Origin: Candidatus Bathyarchaeota archaeon
Lineage (GTDB): Archaea > Thermoproteota > Bathyarchaeia > 40CM-2-53-6
Direction: 5' to 3'
Length of the DNA: 64,000 nucleotides
NCBI GenBank assembly: GCA_963733055.1
Contig: CAVTBR010000001.1
Location: 352,001 to 416,000, forward strand
In this document: piece by piece, positions 27,820-37,140 of the stretch
Layout of the letters: each line of letters begins with the position of its first letter
Numbering within the stretch: position 1 is the stretch's first letter
The notes under the pieces: model-generated
Told to the model about the DNA's origin: nothing
Seen by the model: only the letters and a program-made list of their open reading frames with translations
The model's database searches: none
Position numbers and translations under genes: made by a program

Positions 27820-28503
27820 TTGAAGGACTTCGCGGAATTAAGAAGGCAAGCCGTCGCCGAACTCAAGGATGAAGGGCTGCTCAAAGATCCGAACATAATT
27901 CGGGCGATGGAGAAAGTACCCCGCGAAGAGTTCCTACCCCCCGAAGCCAGGTCGTACGCTTACATCGACTCGCCGATACCGATTGGTTATGGGCAGACGA
28001 CGAGCGCGCTTCACATGACTGCGATGTTCTGTGAGTACGGTGAAATGAAGTTGGGCCAGCGAGTGCTCGAGGTGGGAGGAGGCTGCGGCTACATGAGCTG
28101 CGTATACGCGGAAGTCGTCGCACCCCTAGAACAACCAAAGGAGGCCTGGGGACACGTGTGGTCGGCTGAGATAATAGAACAATTGGCAGCGTTTGGCAAA
28201 ATGAACGTGGAACGGCTGGGATATTCTGAAAGAGTCAGTTTCATAGCGGCAGATGCATCCGACGGCCTTAACGACGTCAAAGAAACATTCGATTTGATCA
28301 TCGTTACAAGTGCCGCCCCTGAGATACCAACCGAATTAACACTTCAACTCAACTCGGGCGGCTCTCTGATCATCCCAGTTGGCGGAGCCCAATTCTACCA
28401 AGAACTCTTCCGAGTGAGAAAGAACCCTGACGGACGCTTAACGCACGAGAATCTTGGGGGTGTGGCGTTTGTGCCCATGAGAGGAAAACATGGATGGCAC
28501 TAG
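27820..28503 (+). CDS. pcm: Protein-L-isoaspartate O-methyltransferase
   Basis: VPREEF, AYIDSPIPIGYGQT, LEVGGGCGY, VAFVPM; AGGTGG precedes TTG at 27820. Confidence 0.92.
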   Translation: MKDFAELRRQAVAELKDEGLLKDPNIIRAMEKVPREEFLPPEARSYAYIDSPIPIGYGQTTSALHMTAMFCEYGEMKLGQRVLEVGGGCGYMSCVYAEVVAPLEQPKEAWGHVWSAEIIEQLAAFGKMNVERLGYSERVSFIAADASDGLNDVKETFDLIIVTSAAPEIPTELTLQLNSGGSLIIPVGGAQFYQELFRVRKNPDGRLTHENLGGVAFVPMRGKHGWH

Positions 28504-28575
28504 CCAGTCACCCAAATTGGTGAATTCGACTCTGCATCGTTAAATCCAACGAAGAGTACCCACCACCAGTGCTGG

Positions 28576-29607
28576 TTAGAAGTAGGATTCGAGCGTACTC
28601 TTCTTGTCAGATGAAAGTTTCGGAGCGAGCATCTTTGAGACCGCCTTCCGGACTCGTTCCTCGGAGAAGTCACGTTCTCCGCAGAGAAAGTCAACTACCT
28701 TCTGCTCATCCGGCGGAGACCAGTTGAGCGAGTAGTTGGGTGTCACAGGTGGGTCTAGGAAGATCTTTCGGATGCTATCCGTATCGGCCGGAAGCGCTAT
28801 CTCGGGATCACTATCCCTGAGCTTCTCAATGTTACCGTGTTCGCGGATCAGTTTCACGGCGGTCTTCGGGCCTATACCCTTAACCCCGTCGGGGTTGAAA
28901 TCCGTCCCGATCAATATCCCAACATCAATCAATTGCTCCCTACTCAACGATAACGCGTCAAGCACCCGCGACAAATCAATGATCTTTGGTTCAACTTCCA
29001 CGTACGCGTCTCGTCGGGGCAATTTTCTGCGGCCGGTGATTGCGAGGTTCTTTAGCATCCTCGGCGCGCCGAACAGCAATGAGTCATGGTCCTGTGAAGC
29101 CACACCCCAAACATCCCCTCGAGCAGCTATGAAAGCGGCCTGGGCCTCGCCTTCCGATGGTGCTTGGACCCACGCAACACCGAGAGCGTCGAGAAGCGTC
29201 TTCGCATCTTCCACCATCAAATCTTTCAATGATGAGGTAGCCTGCGCGTACACTCGAGCTTCCTCAAGCTTTCCTTCCCTGATGGCCGTTTCGTAGTGAA
29301 TCTTCGCTTCTTCTTTGACTCGGCGTCGCCTACGAATCTCCATATCCTTCATTTCAGGCGGTTTGCCATCGAAAACAAACGCAAGTTTGACTCCCCTCTC
29401 CGCAAGGTTTGCCGTTCTATACAGTAGTCCGCTCAGGTGACTTGTTACTCTCCCGCGTCTATCTTTGAGGGGGGTACCGTCGGGTTGCCTAATTATCGCT
29501 AGGAACTGATAGAGCGCGTTGTAAGCGTCCACCGCCAGAGTTCTATTCGACAGGCTATCGAGGGTGATCACCTGTTCTGGTATGATATCGGCAAGGTCAA
29601 CGCCCAA
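28576..29607 (-). CDS. fen: Flap endonuclease 1
   Basis: MGVDL, DAYNALYQFL, APSEGEAQAA, SQDHD, GTDFNPDG, C-terminal PIP-like TLESYF. Confidence 0.96.
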   Translation of the reverse strand: MGVDLADIIPEQVITLDSLSNRTLAVDAYNALYQFLAIIRQPDGTPLKDRRGRVTSHLSGLLYRTANLAERGVKLAFVFDGKPPEMKDMEIRRRRRVKEEAKIHYETAIREGKLEEARVYAQATSSLKDLMVEDAKTLLDALGVAWVQAPSEGEAQAAFIAARGDVWGVASQDHDSLLFGAPRMLKNLAITGRRKLPRRDAYVEVEPKIIDLSRVLDALSLSREQLIDVGILIGTDFNPDGVKGIGPKTAVKLIREHGNIEKLRDSDPEIALPADTDSIRKIFLDPPVTPNYSLNWSPPDEQKVVDFLCGERDFSEERVRKAVSKMLAPKLSSDKKSTLESYF

Positions 29608-29688
29608 ACTCGCTCTCGCCTTCGAGTTCAGGTTGGTGGCCGTCATTACAAAACTTGTCTGATGCAGGCGACTAACGGCGAGACGGCT

Positions 29689-29832
29689 TTAGTTGTTTGA
29701 GTAGTCTTCTCTGTGGTTCACGATTATCTCGCGAAGCTCGCCCTTTACGTAGATTTTGATTATTCTCCAATTGCCGTGCGTGTAGCGTTGCTCCAACAAG
29801 CCTTCCCTGCGGGCTTCCGATTCAAGGCGCAT
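29689..29832 (-). CDS. 47-aa hypothetical protein (not in ORF track)
   Basis: MRLESEARREGLLEQRYTHGNWRIIKIYVKGELREIIVNHREDYSNN fills an otherwise empty gap upstream of fen. Confidence 0.4.
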   Translation of the reverse strand: MRLESEARREGLLEQRYTHGNWRIIKIYVKGELREIIVNHREDYSNN

Positions 29833-30009
29833 AATCAAATCTACGCCAACCAAATACGCCCCGACTGAGCTAGATTACAGGTTTAGACTCTAAAGACGCA
29901 AACCCCGAAGAACGCTGGAATGGTGTGGAACAGCGGTGCGGCATAATATTACGTGTCGGCGAAGGCCTCATTTATCGAATCGGGCGGCTTCTCATCCTGC
30001 TGCCTAACT

Positions 30010-30396
30010 TCAGATACGCGTTTCGCGGCCTGCGATGGCATAGGATTCGGGCAGCGCTTCCGATGCGAACAGATTGACCAGCGTGTTCGGACTGGCTTCG
30101 CCACTTAACCTTCCTATCCTGCCTTTCATGTGGCGCCACTTCAGTTGAGTTCGGCCACTTTTCGAGTTGTATATTATTCCAAGAACATTCGAAACCCTAG
30201 CGAACCTAAGGTCGCGTGCTTGGTGGACGGTCTCCTTATCCTCAGCTTCAACATACATTGTTCCGTTATCTGAGGATCGTTCGGGGTAGACGGTCTCATC
30301 TTCATCGAGTTCGGGTGGGATGTAAGATTGGCAGGTGCTCATTATCATGAATCGTCTGAACCTGTCTAGATCGCAGATAGAGTCTATCTTAACCAA
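30010..30396 (-). CDS. Hypothetical protein
   Basis: Only long ORF in the interval; globular composition. Confidence 0.65.
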   Translation of the reverse strand: MVKIDSICDLDRFRRFMIMSTCQSYIPPELDEDETVYPERSSDNGTMYVEAEDKETVHQARDLRFARVSNVLGIIYNSKSGRTQLKWRHMKGRIGRLSGEASPNTLVNLFASEALPESYAIAGRETRI

Positions 30397-30563
30397 AGCT
30401 ACTTCCCCACCACTCTAGCGAGTAGTTCGAGTAAGGTTTGCAACCCACTGTTTGAATTTGCCGGTCCACATTGATCAGCCTAAGGAAACGTTGCTAGTGA
30501 ATGGCCAGCAATCAATTTATAACCTGCAGAGTCGTGGCTGTGAGAACCCGCGAGGAGCATACG

Positions 30564-30758
30564 ATGAGTACAACGACAACTGAGAAAGTCATCCGTATGC
30601 CCACCTGTACCTGGTGCGCGCGAACTATCCTCCCTGGCGAGGGAGCGGTGAAGTTTCCATGCCCAAGCTGCGGGGAAGTAATGATTTGGCGCTGTGAGAA
30701 GTGTAGAATGTTCGGCCGGCCATATCGATGCTTGAAATGTGGCTACACAGGGCCTTGA
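30564..30758 (+). CDS. Small zinc-finger protein (DUF1610/HVO_2753-like)
   Basis: CTWC..FPCPSCG..RCEKCR..YRCLKCGYTGP; usual position upstream of EF-1beta. Confidence 0.9.
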   Translation: MSTTTTEKVIRMPTCTWCARTILPGEGAVKFPCPSCGEVMIWRCEKCRMFGRPYRCLKCGYTGP

Positions 30759-30779
30759 AATCAGCTGAGTTGAATCGTT

Positions 30780-31049
30780 TTGGCGAGAGTTCTCGCGTCA
30801 ATCAAGATTTTCCCGAACGACGCGAACATAGACCTGAACGCTCTGAAATCCAGAATACAATCCTCTCTTCCGGCCGGTTCAACGGTGGCGCGATTTGACG
30901 AAGAACCAGTCGCGTTTGGCCTAGTTGCCATCATAGCCCACATCGTCCTGCCTGAAGACGCAGCCGGTCAAATGGACAGTGTCGAGGAAGCCATTCGCGG
31001 CGTAGATCAGGTAAGTCAGATCGAAGTCTTGAGGATGGGTCGAGTTTAG
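30780..31049 (+). CDS. ef1b: Archaeal translation elongation factor 1-beta
   Basis: EEPVAFGLVA; 89 aa. Confidence 0.93.
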   Translation: MARVLASIKIFPNDANIDLNALKSRIQSSLPAGSTVARFDEEPVAFGLVAIIAHIVLPEDAAGQMDSVEEAIRGVDQVSQIEVLRMGRV

Positions 31050-31094
31050 TTACGTTCGGTAACATTTATATCCGGTAATGTTACCTACAGTAAC
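31049..31094. promoter_or_regulatory. Tandem GTTAC-N5-GTAAC palindromes covering a TATA box upstream of cdc48
   Basis: Perfect copies at 31049-31063 and 31080-31094; degenerate copy TTTAT-N5-GTAAT at 31065-31079 overlapping TTTATA. Confidence 0.7.
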
Positions 31095-31252
31095 AGAATT
31101 TGAGCGGACAGAGGCATGGCAGTAGCTGAAGGCGATGTTCTGGAGGTAGAACGTATGCGAATTAAGGGCACGGAATCCGAAAGGAACTTTAATAGCACGA
31201 TTGACCGTCAAAACATCTCAACACGAAATCACCATTCGAGAGAGATTGAACC

Positions 31253-33433
31253 ATGAGTAGTCGCGAATCCTCCCTTAGAGTTGCTGATGCTAGGCAACGA
31301 GACGTTGGACACGGAAAAGTCAGAATAGATAACGATACGATGCAGAAGCTTGGTATAACTGCGGGTGACTTCGTCGAGATACACGGCAAGAAGATGACCG
31401 TCGCCGTAGCCTGGCCCGCGTACGCTGAGGACCAAGGCCAAGAGATCATAAGAATGGATGGGCTCATCCGCAGAAACGCGGGAGTAGCCCTTAACGAATT
31501 CGTAAGCGTGAGGAAAGCCGAAGTAAAGGACGCCCAAGCGATAGTTTTCGCCCCCACAGACGTTCGACTAAGTGTAGATGAGGAGTTCGTCAGCTTCGTC
31601 AAACGAAGATTCATGGATATGCCATTCATCGAAGGAGACATGACACTACTCTCGATTTTTGGAAGCGCAGTCCCATTAATCGTTACGCGAACCCGACCGC
31701 ACGGACCCGTTAAAATAAACGAAACGGCGCACGTTCAAGTGCTCAGTGAACCGACACCCGAAAAGAAAGGCATCCCAATCGTAACCTACGAGGATATCGG
31801 AGGACTCCACGAAGAGATTCAACGGATTCGTGAAATGGTTGAATTGCCATTAAGGCACCCCGAACTCTTTCAACGGTTAGGCATCGAACCCCCGAGGGGA
31901 GTATTCCTATACGGGCCTCCAGGATGCGGTAAGACCCTGCTCGCTAAAGCAGTCGCTAATGAATCCGACGCAAACTTTTACGTCATCTCCGGACCGGAGA
32001 TAATGTCAAAATTCTACGGCGAATCAGAAGCTAGGCTACGTGAGATATTTCAGAAAGCCCAGGAAACCTCTCCGAGCATCATATTCATCGACGAAATGGA
32101 CGCCATCGCACCCAAACGTGAAGAGGTAACCGGTGAAGTTGAACGCCGAGTCGTGGCCCAACTGCTCTCGCTTATGGACGGAATGGGTTCAAGAGGAAAC
32201 ATCATAGTCATCGGAGCCACAAACAGGCCAAACGCAATCGACCCCGCCCTTCGAAGGCCCGGCAGGTTTGACAGAGAAGTAGAGATCGGCGTCCCAGACA
32301 AAGCCGGACGATTCGAGGTCCTTCAGATTCACACCAGGAACATGCCGCTCGCCGAGGACATGGATCTGAAACGATTGTCCGAGGTAACTCACGGTTACAC
32401 CGGAGCCGACACCGCCTCTCTATGTCGAGAAGCTGCTATGAAAGCGCTGAGAAGGTACATCCCTGAAATCAATCTAGAAGAAGAAAGAATCCCGCCCGAA
32501 ATGTTAGAGAAGATGGTCGTCAAGATGGACGACTTCCTCTCCGCATACCGCGAAATCACCCCGACCGCAATGCGAGAGGTCTACGTGGAGGTTCCGCAAG
32601 TCCATTGGGATGAAGTCGGCGGCCTGAAACAAGTAAAGCAGGAGCTCATGGAGTCGGTTGAATGGCCTCTGAAGAAACCGGAGGTCTTCACGAAGATGGG
32701 CATCAAACCACCCCGGGGAGTGCTACTATACGGACCACCCGGATGCGGGAAGACACTTCTGGCAAGAGCAGTTGCGACCGAGAGCGAAGCCAACTTCATC
32801 TCGATAAAAGGACCGGAAATATTCTCCAAATGGGTTGGAGAATCTGAGAAAGCCATCCGTGAAGTATTCAGAAAAGGAAGAACCGCAGCCCCCGCGATTA
32901 TCTTCTTCGACGAACTTGACGCTATTGTGCCAAGACGAGGCCTGGGTTACGCTGACTCGGGTGCGAGCGAACGCGTGATCAGCCAACTCCTTACAGAGAT
33001 TGACGGAATTGAAAGCCTTCAAAACGTCCTCGTCATAGCGGCAACGAACCGGCCCGATATGCTCGACCCCGCCGTTCTGAGGCCGGGCAGGTTTGACAGA
33101 CTAATCTACGTACCATCCCCAGACCTGGACTCGTTGAAAGAAATCTTCAAAATACACTCAACCGGCATGCCACTTTCGGCCGACGTCGAACTGGAGGATT
33201 TGGCCCGAAAGGCTCAAGGATATTCGGGCGCCGACATCGAATCCGTCTGCAGAGAAGCAGCCATAACCGCCCTACGGGAAGATATCAACTCGACCGAAGT
33301 TTCAAGGCGAGACTTCAACATAGCCATGGAGAGAGTCGGCCCAAGCATAGCGACGGAGGACGACACTTTCTACCAGAAATTCTCAAAACGACTCAGAAGG
33401 GAAAGAGCGACCGCCCCAACCCCAGTAGCATAG
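31253..33433 (+). CDS. cdc48: Cdc48/VCP-like AAA+ ATPase
   Basis: N-domain plus two AAA modules (GPPGCGKT twice, [12 protein letters not shown]). Confidence 0.97.
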   Translation: MSSRESSLRVADARQRDVGHGKVRIDNDTMQKLGITAGDFVEIHGKKMTVAVAWPAYAEDQGQEIIRMDGLIRRNAGVALNEFVSVRKAEVKDAQAIVFAPTDVRLSVDEEFVSFVKRRFMDMPFIEGDMTLLSIFGSAVPLIVTRTRPHGPVKINETAHVQVLSEPTPEKKGIPIVTYEDIGGLHEEIQRIREMVELPLRHPELFQRLGIEPPRGVFLYGPPGCGKTLLAKAVANESDANFYVISGPEIMSKFYGESEARLREIFQKAQETSPSIIFIDEMDAIAPKREEVTGEVERRVVAQLLSLMDGMGSRGNIIVIGATNRPNAIDPALRRPGRFDREVEIGVPDKAGRFEVLQIHTRNMPLAEDMDLKRLSEVTHGYTGADTASLCREAAMKALRRYIPEINLEEERIPPEMLEKMVVKMDDFLSAYREITPTAMREVYVEVPQVHWDEVGGLKQVKQELMESVEWPLKKPEVFTKMGIKPPRGVLLYGPPGCGKTLLARAVATESEANFISIKGPEIFSKWVGESEKAIREVFRKGRTAAPAIIFFDELDAIVPRRGLGYADSGASERVISQLLTEIDGIESLQNVLVIAATNRPDMLDPAVLRPGRFDRLIYVPSPDLDSLKEIFKIHSTGMPLSADVELEDLARKAQGYSGADIESVCREAAITALREDINSTEVSRRDFNIAMERVGPSIATEDDTFYQKFSKRLRRERATAPTPVA

Positions 33434-33437
33434 TCAA

Positions 33438-33698
33438 GTGTTCACGGAGTCAACTCGATTGGAGAAAGTGTGGGGACCACGACCCCTCCACCTTTTCGTA
33501 CTAGATGTCATAGGACGAAAGGGGCCATTAACCGACGATGAACTGCTCCGTGAAATCCGAAGCGGCAAGGAAGACCTTAGCTTTCGCGAATTGAACCGAA
33601 TACTGTTGAAGTTGGAAGTCAACGGCCTAGTAAGAGTTTCACGCCAGATGAAAGGCAAACGCCGCGTGGAGATTGCCGAAGAACGAAACATTAGATAG
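33438..33698 (+). CDS. Small winged-helix protein
   Basis: LTDDELL..ELNRILLKLEVNGLVRV; starts 4 nt after the cdc48 stop. Confidence 0.75.
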   Translation: MFTESTRLEKVWGPRPLHLFVLDVIGRKGPLTDDELLREIRSGKEDLSFRELNRILLKLEVNGLVRVSRQMKGKRRVEIAEERNIR

Positions 33699-33763
33699 AA
33701 GACGCCCCATCCCCCACGTCGCGGACGCTACACGCGCCCCAAATTGCATAGTCGAGAAACCCC

Positions 33764-34996
33764 ATGCCCAATCTGTCAGCTGATGTTATCGTCGTTGGAT
33801 GCGGAGTAAGCGGCGCCACCGCAGCGCTGGCAGTTGCCCAGAAGAATGTATCCGTCTCATTATTCGAGGAACATTCGCAGGTTGGAAAACCCTCCCACTG
33901 CTCGGGGCACGTTGGAATTCCGGCCTTCAAACATTTCAGCCCTGAAATCCCGGAGCGGATAATCGAGAATCGGATCAGAGGAGCGGTCCTGAACTCGCCT
34001 GGAGGTACCCCTCTTACGCTCCAGCGTTCGAAACCTGTAACGTGGGTTCTCAACCGGGCAGCCTACGACCAATACCTCGCCGAGTTAGCGGAAAAGAGCG
34101 GTGTCGCACTGCACATGAATTCTCGCGTTGAAAGCTACAAGCGCATGGACAACGGGGAAATCCAATTGAAAGTTAGTGGCAACAAAGAGCGGGAACCTTC
34201 TTGCAAGGTGCTTATCGACGCAAGCGGAGCCGGAGCGGCCGTCTCTAGATATGCCGGCCTTTCAAAACTTGGAAGAGGCATTGTAGTTAACTCCGCCCAG
34301 GTTAGCGTGGAAAACCTCGTAGACGTTGATGAAGACTTCGTCGAAGTATACTTCGGCCAGGGGTTTGCGCCGGGTTTCTTTGGGTGGATAATCCCTCGCC
34401 GGGACGGGACTGCAAAGGTCGGCATTGCCGCAGGCGCTCGAGCAAACGTTCGCGAATGCTTTGAACGATTCATCGGTAAACACCCTACAGTTTCAACTAA
34501 GCTGAAGCACTCGAAACAGATGACCGCGCCAAGCTACCACCCCATTCCCGTAGGAGGAGCGGTTAACCGGACATACACGGACAATATTCTCGCGGTTGGA
34601 GACGCAGCTTCGCAGGTCAAACCAACAACCGGAGGCGGGATAGTATTTGGCCTAGCCTGCGGCCAAATCGCGGGCGAAACCGCCGCAAAAGCCGTACTTG
34701 ACTTGGAGTTTTCAGCGTCGCGTCTGGAAGAGTATGAAATCCGTTGGAGGAGGATGTTCGGCTTCGACTTGCGTGCCATGTCTTGGCTAAGACGACTTCT
34801 CTACCGCCTTCCTGATCGTAATCTTGACCGAATTTTCAATATAGCCCAAGAATTAGGTGCCGATCAGATTCTCAATACGACAAACGACATCGACTTCCAA
34901 GGTCGGACACTACTATCGCTAGCACGCGACCCCCGACTATTCATTACTCTTCTATCGGCATCTATCCTCTCATTCCCATCATTGATTCATACTTAG
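33764..34996 (+). CDS. Geranylgeranyl reductase family flavoprotein
   Basis: Rossmann motif, APGFFGWIIP, VGDAASQVKPTTGGGI. Confidence 0.9.
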   Translation: MPNLSADVIVVGCGVSGATAALAVAQKNVSVSLFEEHSQVGKPSHCSGHVGIPAFKHFSPEIPERIIENRIRGAVLNSPGGTPLTLQRSKPVTWVLNRAAYDQYLAELAEKSGVALHMNSRVESYKRMDNGEIQLKVSGNKEREPSCKVLIDASGAGAAVSRYAGLSKLGRGIVVNSAQVSVENLVDVDEDFVEVYFGQGFAPGFFGWIIPRRDGTAKVGIAAGARANVRECFERFIGKHPTVSTKLKHSKQMTAPSYHPIPVGGAVNRTYTDNILAVGDAASQVKPTTGGGIVFGLACGQIAGETAAKAVLDLEFSASRLEEYEIRWRRMFGFDLRAMSWLRRLLYRLPDRNLDRIFNIAQELGADQILNTTNDIDFQGRTLLSLARDPRLFITLLSASILSFPSLIHT

Positions 34997-35114
34997 CGAA
35001 TCGTGCAAATCCTCCTCATAAGCGCGGGAGATTTGCAGTTAATGTTAATAGTTGTAGATTCTGAAGTCATCCTTGGGTGGCTCACCTGCTACAACTAGAG
35101 AATCATTTGGAGCA

Positions 35115-35318
35115 GTGGTAGAGTTTCCCTGTAAGCTCTGCAAGCTTAAGGAACGAAAACAGCTTGACAGGATGATTATAATGGGTGCACTCTATCGTGA
35201 CATTCAAAGAAAGTTCAAGATTCATAGTGTTTCTATGATCTCGTACCACAAGGGAACATGCCTCGGGTTAATCCCACCGCGAAAGAAGAGTGCTTATCCG
35301 GTGGAGAGGCCGTGGTAG
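35115..35318 (+). CDS. Small CxxC..HxxxC zinc-binding HTH-like protein
   Basis: CKLC..LDRMIIMGALYRDIQRKF..SMISYHKGTC; GGAG precedes GTG at 35115 (ORF open from 35073). Confidence 0.55.
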   Translation: MVEFPCKLCKLKERKQLDRMIIMGALYRDIQRKFKIHSVSMISYHKGTCLGLIPPRKKSAYPVERPW

Positions 35319-35320
35319 AA

Positions 35321-36293
35321 TCAGGTCTTTCCTAACTGCTTAACAGCTTCCATGAAGGCGGGCACGAATTCGTATAGGTCGGCTATGACATTGTAGTCGC
35401 TGAATTCGAATATTGGTGCCTTCGGGTCGTTGTTCACGGCGACTATCACCCTGCTGTTTCTAATTCCGGTTAAGTGCTGAATTTGTCCTGAAATTCCAAG
35501 GGCTAAGTACACTTTGGGGCTTACCTTCTGACCTGAGAGACCAACGTACTGGTCCTCCGGCAACCAACGTAGATCTTCCGCGATGGGCCTGGAGCAGGCG
35601 ACCACACCGCCGACAGTTTTGGCGAGCTCTTCGACTAACGCTATGTCCTCCTTCTTCCGAACGCCGCGCCCGAATGAAACGATGACTGGCGCGTCCCCCA
35701 AGCTTCACGCCTTTCACAGGTTTCGGTTTCGTTTCAACTATCTTTGTGCTTGGGGGTTTGAATTTCGGTTCAACCTTGATTACCTCTCCCTTTCGCGTCG
35801 CGTCTGGAGGAATGGGGGAAAAGAGTCCTTTGGCGACGGTTGCGATTTGTGGTTTAGTTTTTGAAATGTGAGTCTCAACCAAATTGCCGCCCCACGTAAC
35901 CCTGTCCATTAGTAAATACTTCTTCTCCGCGTCGAGTTCAAGTTTGGTTGCTTCGGTTACGCAACCTGTCTTTAGGCGTTCGGCTAGGCGCGGCGTGAAC
36001 TCTAACCCGTTTCGAGTCGCTCCGATTAGAAGAATGTCGGGTTTCCGTTCGGTTATGAGATTTTCGAAGGCGTCGGTGTAGGTGTCGACTTGAAACGAAC
36101 CCAACGCCGGGTTGGTTAATGTTAAGACCTTGTCAGCGCCGCTTTGGATTAATTTGTTTCCATCCTCTGTCGAAGTAATTGCGACCACTTCACTGCTAAG
36201 ACTGTCAGCCAGACCCCTGGCTTTGCCAAGCAACTCCAACGTCAGTTGTGGAGTTTCGGAGAATACCCAGACTCCTTTGTTTTCTTGTGCCAT
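35321..36293 (-). pseudogene. etfA: Electron transfer flavoprotein alpha subunit, split by one extra base at 35695-35699 (real frameshift or assembly error)
   Basis: N-part (..KGVKL) and C-part (DAPVIVSFGRG..VGLSGQ..GISGQIQH) are in different frames; span is 973 nt = 3n+1; G5 run at the junction. Confidence 0.85.
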
Positions 36294-36295
36294 AC

Positions 36296-37090
36296 TCAGG
36301 CCGCCTTCAGAACTCCTTCCTGGACTAAGGCCTTGGCAATCTTTGGCGCTATTTCTCGTGCGTCACCTTGGAGTACGATCCGTCTTCTTTCTCCGACTGT
36401 GACCGAGCTTCGGGCGATATCAATCAGCGACCCGTCGAAGCCGAGTTCTTCTGGCCCCAACGCAAGGTCGGTTGAGGCCCAGACGTTTGTTGGCTTCTTC
36501 GATGCCGCCATAATTGCCATCAGGGTTGGAAGCCGAGGTTCATTGATCTCCCTAACTACACTAACCAAACATGGCAGTTTGGCTTCCACAACCTGCCTCT
36601 CATTCTCAAGATCCCTCTCCACGATGACACGGTCGCCCTCCAAGGTCAGTTTGGCGGCATACGTTAGCTGTGGCAAATTGCACATCTCCGCGAGTCGTGG
36701 CCCAACTTGGAAAGCGTACAAATCCTCTGAATATGCTCCGCAGAGGACCAGATCGTATTCAAGAATCTTGGTGACCGCAGCCGCCAGGACATTGGCAGTT
36801 GCGTGAGCATCTGAACCCTCAAAGAGCGGGTCTGTGAGCAAGCATGCCTCGTCCGCCCCCATCGCCAGCGCCTCTCTTAGCGCCTCCTTTGCTTCGGGTG
36901 GGCCGAGGGTTATCGCGATGATCTTTCCGCCATGTTTCTCTTTAATCCTCACGGCCTCTTCGAGGGCGTTCTTGTCGACCTCGCTGATGACTCGTGGCAC
37001 GCCTTGGGTGATTATGGTTTTGGTGCTACGGTCGACTTTGAGGTCGGCTGTTTGAAGGACTTGTTTCATGAGGACTATGATGTTTACCAT
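36296..37090 (-). CDS. etfB: Electron transfer flavoprotein beta subunit
   Basis: DKNALEEA, ALAMGAD, QVGPRLAE, INEPRLP. Confidence 0.93.
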   Translation of the reverse strand: MVNIIVLMKQVLQTADLKVDRSTKTIITQGVPRVISEVDKNALEEAVRIKEKHGGKIIAITLGPPEAKEALREALAMGADEACLLTDPLFEGSDAHATANVLAAAVTKILEYDLVLCGAYSEDLYAFQVGPRLAEMCNLPQLTYAAKLTLEGDRVIVERDLENERQVVEAKLPCLVSVVREINEPRLPTLMAIMAASKKPTNVWASTDLALGPEELGFDGSLIDIARSSVTVGERRRIVLQGDAREIAPKIAKALVQEGVLKAA

Positions 37091-37140
37091 CGCCGATCAC
37101 GAAGAGGTGGGCTGCCTCAACGCGTCATTGAATTAATACG

